64,000 bases of DNA from a virus. Taxonomy: Duplodnaviria; Caudoviricetes. This document shows, piece after piece, positions 58,219-64,000 of this stretch (within the stretch, counting starts at the first letter, position 1; every line of letters starts with the position of its first letter). Under the pieces are notes generated by a model. That model ran no database searches. It was not told the origin of the DNA and saw only the letters and a program-made list of their open reading frames with translations. The translations under genes were made by a program, and so were the position numbers. The stretch covers positions 15,162 through 79,161 of the IMG/VR virus record IMGVR_UViG_2866360957_000001; one strand, given 5' to 3'.

Positions 58219-58629
58219 TCAATGCGACGGGATCTCTATCTCGACACGGTCGGCTGGGAACACCTGGACGGCTCCGCTGCGATCCAGCACGATCACCGGC
58301 ACACCCTCGTCCATGCGGAATTGCCGCCGCTCCTCCGGCGTCGGCATCCGCACTCGGAGACGCGCCGGGCCCTCGACTCGTTCGACCTCCGGCTGCGCGG
58401 GTTCGCGGACATATGAGCCCTGACCGCGGACCGTGCGGATCAGTCCTTCACCGCGCAAGATCTGAAGAGCGTCACGAACGGTGTCCTTGCCGACGCCCCA
58501 CTCGCTCGCAAGACGATCCTCGGCGGGCAGTCGCTCGCCAGGGCGCAGGGCGCGAGACGTTATCCGCTCGCGCAGGTCGTCGGCGATCTGGCGGTAGGCC
58601 GGTACGTAGGATGCGGGGTCGATCGGCAC
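58219..58629 (-). CDS. GntR-family regulator
   Basis: AYRQIADDLRERI...PGERLPAEDRLASEWGVGKDTVRDAL..L..EGLI...GQGSYV. Confidence 0.88.
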   Translation of the reverse strand: MPIDPASYVPAYRQIADDLRERITSRALRPGERLPAEDRLASEWGVGKDTVRDALQILRGEGLIRTVRGQGSYVREPAQPEVERVEGPARLRVRMPTPEERRQFRMDEGVPVIVLDRSGAVQVFPADRVEIEIPSH

Positions 58630-58645
58630 TCCGTGATCGCATCAT

Positions 58646-58687
58646 GCCTATTGGCTGCTTCCCGTATTGGCCAATAGGCCAATACGG
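58646..58687. promoter_or_regulatory. Operator-like inverted repeat upstream of GntR
   Basis: ccgtattggcc-aata-ggccaatacgg (58662-58687) plus an extra cctattggc half-site. Confidence 0.65.
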
Positions 58688-58708
58688 TGACCGGCCGAGG
58701 GGAATCTC

Positions 58709-58996
58709 GTGATCGCGCTTCCTCACGACGATGACCTCCTCCTGGTATGGGATGTGGAGGCGGGCGAGTGTGGGGGAGGGGGCGTGCACGACTCCCGCGA
58801 CGCAGCCGAGACAGCGATGCTGGACACCCTCGACTCCCACCCGGAGGGCCGCGGACGCGTCCGGTACGCGCGGCTCGTGCCCGCCCCTCACGGAAGCATC
58901 GGCGACTACCGGTACGGCTCGACCCTCATCACCGCGCACCGGGCGGACGGCGAGACCGTCTCCGTCGTCGGCGACGCATGGGAGGACACCCCATGA
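58709..58996 (+). CDS. Hypothetical protein
   Basis: Divergent from GntR; RBS GAGGGG. Confidence 0.5.
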   Translation: MIALPHDDDLLLVWDVEAGECGGGGVHDSRDAAETAMLDTLDSHPEGRGRVRYARLVPAPHGSIGDYRYGSTLITAHRADGETVSVVGDAWEDTP

Positions 58997-58999
58997 TCG

Positions 59000-59226
59000 G
59001 GTACGGCGGCGTGGCGCGGGCATGGGCGCCGCCGTACCGTACGGCGGGCCGCCGAGGGCCCGCCCGGCGCGGGCGGGTACGAGATGACCTCCCCGCCCGC
59101 GCCCACCAGACTGCGCGGCAGCCCCACCCACCCCCGGGTCCCTGCCGCGCCGCACAGGGAGCCATCGACCCCTGTGCCCGCGCGGGCGGGCGGCCCTCCA
59201 CACCACGACCCGCCGCCCGCCCGCGC
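59000..59226. repeat. Six consecutive GC-rich inverted repeats (hairpin array)
   Basis: Stems 59000-11/59027-38, 59043-50/59057-64, 59066-77/59092-103, 59113-21/59142-50, 59152-59/59170-77, 59180-94/59212-26. Confidence 0.85.
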
Positions 59227-59246
59227 ACTCCCCGGCGAGGCGTGCA

Positions 59247-59480
59247 ATGGACCCATTGACCCCCACTCAGCGCGCCCACCTCACCTCGATGGAGAACACC
59301 TTCCCCGGCTGGGCCCTCCTTGTACGCGACGGCTGGTGGTGGGCCACCCTGCGTGTCCCACCCACACCGGAGCAGAAGGCGGCCGGCGTACTCCACGACT
59401 TCGCTCGGGCAGGGCCAAACGAACTCCTGGCCGCCCTCATTGTGCAGCGCGGCATTCTGGTCCGCCTGGGCGCCACCTGA
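59247..59480 (+). CDS. Small hypothetical protein
   Basis: FPGWALL...WWWAT; similar in style to 57985-58215. Confidence 0.55.
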   Translation: MDPLTPTQRAHLTSMENTFPGWALLVRDGWWWATLRVPPTPEQKAAGVLHDFARAGPNELLAALIVQRGILVRLGAT

Positions 59481-59540
59481 CCACGGAGACCGAGCAACGT
59501 GACCATTGGTCCAAACGATTTTTGTGCGACATGTAGACAC

Positions 59541-59663
59541 ATGACGTGCCGCGGCCCCGGAAAGTGCCGGGACTGTCCCCTCTGCAACGGAGCTTTCAAA
59601 AAGAAACCCAGCATTAAGAAGCAGTTGAAGAAGCTGCCCCCGCCGAAACCACCGAAGAAGTAG
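59541..59663 (+). CDS. 40-aa Cys/Lys/Pro-rich peptide
   Basis: MTCRGPGKCRDCPLCNGAFKKKPSIKKQLKKLPPPKPPKK*; ends 5 nt before the kinase-like gene. Confidence 0.5.
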   Translation: MTCRGPGKCRDCPLCNGAFKKKPSIKKQLKKLPPPKPPKK

Positions 59664-59668
59664 GACGT

Positions 59669-60571
59669 ATGGGCATCCAATGGGAGCAGCTACCGCAGCA
59701 GCTCCGCGACGACGTGGAAACACACCTCGGAGTGGTCCTCAAGACCGCCGCCCCGGCTCGCGGGCACGTACCCGCCGCAGGGATCCGCCTCCTACACGAG
59801 AACCGTAGGAGCACGTGGCTCAAGGCGTGCCCCGCGCGCCACCCCATCGCCCGCATCTACGAGCGGGAGCGCCAGGTCGGCCTGGTCCTGCCCGTCGCGG
59901 TGCCCGCTCCGCGGATGCAGTGGTCCAGCACCGCGCATGGATGGATCGCGATGGTCCACACGTTCGTCGAGGGGCGGCAGGTGGATCTAACGCCCGGGTC
60001 GCTGGACGTTTCGACCGTGCTGGCGGAGATCGCGCGCCTCGGCGACCTACTGACGCCATGCCCGCCCGGCGTGCCGTCACTGTCCGACCACATCGGCAAT
60101 CTGCTCGGACGAGCCCACGCGATACTCGATGATCAGACCGTCATGCCCGCAGGCGACCGGGCGATGTACGCAGACGTGCTCGACGGATTCGACGTAGAAG
60201 CCCTGAAGGGCGACACACTGCTGCACTTCGCGCTGCACCCCGGCGTGCTCCGCATGGTCGGTTCGCCCGGGGCCGGCCCCAGCATGTTCATGTTCGACTG
60301 AGGCTTCGCCTGCCAGGGCCCGGCATGGGTCGAGCTCGTGATGTTCGGCCCCTGGTTGATCTATGCGGGCCACACGGCGCGGCGGACCGAGTCCCTGCTG
60401 GCGAACCTCGCCGTGTGGCAGGCCGCACCGGATGATCAGGTGACCAGGCTGATCGCGCTGTGGACGCTGTTCCGCCTCTACAAGGCCGCGGTGGGGCCGG
60501 CGTCCAGCCAGGCCACGTACCAGCATGCGGCCCGGTCCGGCCGCTCGTGGCTGCGACATCGGATCGCCTGA
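59669..60571 (+). pseudogene. Aminoglycoside-phosphotransferase-like kinase interrupted by an in-frame TGA (60299-60301)
   Basis: W.QLP..LR, WLKAC, VPAPR, GDTLLH; FD*GFACQGPAWVEL continues in frame to 60571. Confidence 0.75.
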
Positions 60572-60653
60572 CGCCACCGCCCGCCATCGTCCGGCCGCGC
60601 CTGTACTGGCCCGCCGGACACCGACTGATCAGAGACCCCCAGGATACGACCTC

Positions 60654-61604
60654 ATGACTACAAATTCCCGCCGCCCGCGAATCGGCAGGCCGAAGCGGAT
60701 CGTCTCGTTCGCTGAGTACGCCGCGCATCATTACGCTCAGCGCCGCAGCATTGCCCAACGGTTCGCCCTCGTCTATGGGACACCACTCCTGTGCGCCGGC
60801 CTCGGAGCCCTGCTGCGCCTGCTCGCCGACGGCGAATATCGTTCTGCGGCCTTGGTGTTAGCCGCGCTGGTCGCGTGCGAGGTGATCGCGTACGCCTTCA
60901 ACGGGAAGGCGCTCAAATCGCGGCTCGCCATCGAGGACTCCAGCATCCTGCCCTATCAAGCCGGCCTCTCCATCACGCTTTCTGGGCCGGTGCGGGAGGC
61001 GTGGGACAGGGCGAGGGCGGTGTTGTCCCAGGGCCGCCGGGGTACCGCGCTGCTCTACCAGGCGGATGCCCCACCCGGCCACACTCATGACGGGATGTGC
61101 CTGGCCCGCTGGTCGGTTGTGACGCTCTCCGTGAAGGCAGATGGGGCCTTCCGCAACGTGATGATGGTGGGGCATGATCTGCTGCACCAGGCCGACCTGG
61201 CGCTGCTGCGGGTCGTGCTGGCCCGCGGGGCACGCCGCGCCATCCTCAGCGGGTGGTGGGCCATCGGATACCTGCTCCTGAACGTCTTCGGGTACTTCGC
61301 CGTCGGCGTGCTGGCCCCCGCCTCACCCAGAGAAGCGATCACGCTTGCGATCGTGGTACGTGTGGCGTTCCTGGCCCACGCCTGGGGAATCGAGCTGGCC
61401 AGCGACAAGGCCGCGATCGTGGCCCACGGTGACCATATCGCCGACCTCGTGGACATCCAGGCCCGGTGCGCACGGTGCCGGCGAGCGGAGCCATGGTGGC
61501 GGCGCGTCGTGAGCGCGCTGCTCGCGCCCCAGCCCATCGTCCCACCCGCGTGGCTGCGCATCTGGCACGGCCACCGCGTCCGTCGCGCTGCGTCACCCAC
61601 CTGA
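60654..61604 (+). CDS. Membrane protein (M48/M56 peptidase-like scaffold lacking HExxH)
   Basis: Several TM helices; ELASDKAA motif. Confidence 0.5.
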   Translation: MTTNSRRPRIGRPKRIVSFAEYAAHHYAQRRSIAQRFALVYGTPLLCAGLGALLRLLADGEYRSAALVLAALVACEVIAYAFNGKALKSRLAIEDSSILPYQAGLSITLSGPVREAWDRARAVLSQGRRGTALLYQADAPPGHTHDGMCLARWSVVTLSVKADGAFRNVMMVGHDLLHQADLALLRVVLARGARRAILSGWWAIGYLLLNVFGYFAVGVLAPASPREAITLAIVVRVAFLAHAWGIELASDKAAIVAHGDHIADLVDIQARCARCRRAEPWWRRVVSALLAPQPIVPPAWLRIWHGHRVRRAASPT

Positions 61605-62047
61605 GACCCCTCGGCGGGGTGCATCACGTCCCAGGCTCCGCACCCCGCCGAGGCCAACCAAAGTGCGAGGCGAGACCATGCGGCCAGTGCCCTATCCATA
61701 CGCCTTCGGGCCCAGCGACCGCCTCGCCACCTGCCGTCACTGCGGCCGAGACATCTACGGGATCTACACGCCCTACGCCTACAACTGGCGACTCGCGGGC
61801 GCAGACCAAAACGGTCATCCGATACCGCTTCTGAGCGAGGACACCTGCGTCCCGGGCCAAAGCCAGCCGCCGACGATGCCACTCCCGCACGAACCGGAGA
61901 AGGAAGCAGACCCCTCGGCAGCTCGGCCTGGGAAGTTGAGCGTCGAGGGGCCTACTTCGGTGCAGCCACTGTAGAACAGCCGTACTACCCCCGACTACCC
62001 CAGAGGCTAGCTATGGCTGGGTAGAGGCGGACGCATAGGCTCTGCCC

Positions 62048-62308
62048 ATGATCGACAGGGAGGGGCCGATCCCGCCGTACCAGCAGATAGCCGCAGCGTT
62101 GCGTAAGCGGATCGAGGCCGGAGAGATTCCGCCGGGCCGCCGTATCCCATCCCTGGTAGAGATGGAGCAGGAGTTCGGCGTGGCCCGTGACACCCTGCGC
62201 AAGGCCGTGCAAGTCCTCAAGGACGAACGCCTGGTGGAGACCGTGAGCGGCATGGGCATCTATGTAGTCCAGCACAGCGAGGACGGCGGAGTGCCGGGTG
62301 CTTCGTGA
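62048..62308 (+). CDS. GntR-family wHTH regulator
   Basis: PPYQQIAAALRKRIEAGEIPPGRRIPS...EFGVARDTLRKAV..L.DE.LV...GMGIYV. Confidence 0.88.
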   Translation: MIDREGPIPPYQQIAAALRKRIEAGEIPPGRRIPSLVEMEQEFGVARDTLRKAVQVLKDERLVETVSGMGIYVVQHSEDGGVPGAS

Positions 62309-62564
62309 GTTGGGCCGCGCGGCCGGCGCCTGGGACGGACTTCCCGACCGCGCGGGGCCCTCGCCTATTCGCCTTCTGGGCGAGACAGGATCGTAACGAG
62401 CGCTCGGTTGAGTCGGCATCCGTAAATGTGCCTATTTCTGCGCATTATGCGCTACCGGATGGCAGTAGCGAACACGTCAGGGCCGTCCTCCCCCAGACTG
62501 CGAGCCCTTCGCCAAACCAGCCGGCCAAACCGTACCGCGAGCGCCAGGAGGACGATGGTGCACT

Positions 62565-64000
62565 TCATGTCGTCTCCCCCTGGAGGAGCTCGCGGGCCCG
62601 GGCGTGTGGACAGCGAGGTTCGGTCTGTGTCCAACCGTGCGCCTTGCAGTGGCCGTGGTGGTCGTACTGGCACTCGTCCGGATCGGCGAGGTCGCGGACC
62701 AGGGTGCGCACCCGCCCGATCTCGGCGAGCAGGCCGGGCAGCATGTTGCGCGCGGCGGCGATCAGCTCGGCGATGTCGCGTCGCAGGTCGTCATCCTCGC
62801 CGTCCCGCTCACCACGATCCCATGTGTCCACGTAGCGCTCGTACAGGAGCTGGCTGGCCAGGTAGGCACTCGGCGTGCTGTACCCGGCGATCTCTCCGCG
62901 CGCATCGCGGGTGATGTGAGTCAGCGCGGACTCCTGCCACACTTCAATCCGGCCCTCACAGTCCGTGGCGTGCCACGGGCCGACCGGGAGCCGGTCGAGT
63001 AGCGCGCGCAGCTTGTCGAGCTGCTCGGCGGTCGGCGCGGTCATCGAGCACCTCCTGCGGGGAGGTCTCGCCGCCTGATCTTCGTCATTGCGGCGTCTCC
63101 TTGTTGGGCGGTGTCTCCTCGGTGGCGAACGCCTCGTTGAGCACGCTGTGCGGGACGCCGTTGAAGTCGCTGGGGTCGCCCTGGTGCCCAGTTGCGCAGC
63201 GCCTCACGAGGGTGACCGCGGTCCTGTGGAGCCGATCGGCCCGGCGGCGGAGGTTGGTGTGCCGTGCCTCCGAAATGAAGATCACGGCCAGCGCGGTGAG
63301 GAGCATCCACCATCGCCAGTCTGTATGGTCCAGAGTCCAGGCGGTGGCGACGATCGCGCCGATACCGGCCAGGTATAGGAGTAGGTCAAGGGCTCGCGCT
63401 CCACGTGTGGTCATGCTGTCTCCCTGCTTTGTGTCTGAGCGGCGCGCTCGCGCCGGTAGAGGGCCGTGCCAACGATGGCCAGCGCAGTGCCGACCGCCAT
63501 CGTGGCGCCATTCGTGGTCATATTGGTCCCGCGGGCCAGATCGGCGGCGGCGAGCGCCACGCCCAAGAGCGCCGACAGACAGCCTGCGAACAGCAGGTAC
63601 GACACGAGCCTGTCCATCAGCTCTCCCCTGCGGGGTGGATCACGCGCCCGTCACGGACCACCATGAGGGCGCCGGGGCCGGCCTCCATCCACGCCTCCAT
63701 GATCGGGTCGTCGGGCATGCCGGGGGCGTAAGCTCCCGCTGCGTCGGCGTCCTGGGCGGTGTGCGCCAGGAGGAGCAGCTCCACGCCGAACCTGCCGCCG
63801 GTCACGAGGTATGTCTCGCCCCATGCGGCGACGTCCAGGGCCTCGTAGTGGACGTGCAGGATGTCTCCGGCGCGGGCCGGGTACCACGGCGCGGACGTGA
63901 GGGCCTCGTAGCCGTCCTTGATCGCGCCGAGCTCGCCGTCGATGTCGCGACGGCGCTTGGCATCATCTGCCCGTGCCAGCGGGCTTCGCTGATCGGTCAT
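62565..64000 (-). CDS. Minus-strand run of phage-like hypothetical genes (62565-63044, 63085-63414, 63411-63617, 63617-64000)
   Basis: Coupled ORFs; GPW...RDIAELIAAARNMLPGLLAEI and CQYDHHGHCKAHG are typical phage accessory motifs. Confidence 0.6.

Noticed and set aside
60299-60301. Selenocysteine or programmed read-through TGA
   Set aside because: The position corresponds to a conserved Trp (TGG to TGA) and other catalytic residues are also lost; a nonsense mutation is simpler
1-64000. tRNA, rRNA, integrase/att sites, reverse transcriptase (DGR/retron)
   Set aside because: No recognisable cloverleaf, rRNA, recombinase or RT motifs seen by eye

Overview
High-GC actinobacterial DNA (probably a filamentous actinomycete; inference) that is almost entirely a siphovirus-type prophage or phage-derived element. 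No integrase or att site is visible. Layout: (1) 1-11.1 kb, tightly overlapping small early/middle genes; (2) 11.1-20.6 kb, a regulatory/accessory patch with mirrored paralogues, HicA-like TA pair, WYL, DUF932, XRE regulator, wHTH gene with palindromic repeats, and a lower-GC insertion; (3) 20.8-51.6 kb, packaging, head and tail genes, with a glycosyltransferase/methyltransferase/epimerase cassette and three lectin-like repeat proteins inserted after the capsid gene; (4) 51.8-54.9 kb, lysis genes; (5) 55-64 kb, accessory genes including an imiditide/pamtide-like RiPP pair, XRE-TPR and GntR regulators, a six-hairpin array and a kinase pseudogene. The standout feature is at 5329-6750. A stand-alone Cas7/Csm3-like RAMP gene, with no other cas genes and no CRISPR, is followed directly by a ~650-bp non-coding C-rich array. 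The array consists of about 16 units, each GAC plus 4-10 pentamers of consensus NNN(C/T)C. This is a candidate compact RNA-guided phage system with 5-nt periodic guides. All protein assignments are by visual motif recognition, not database searches.
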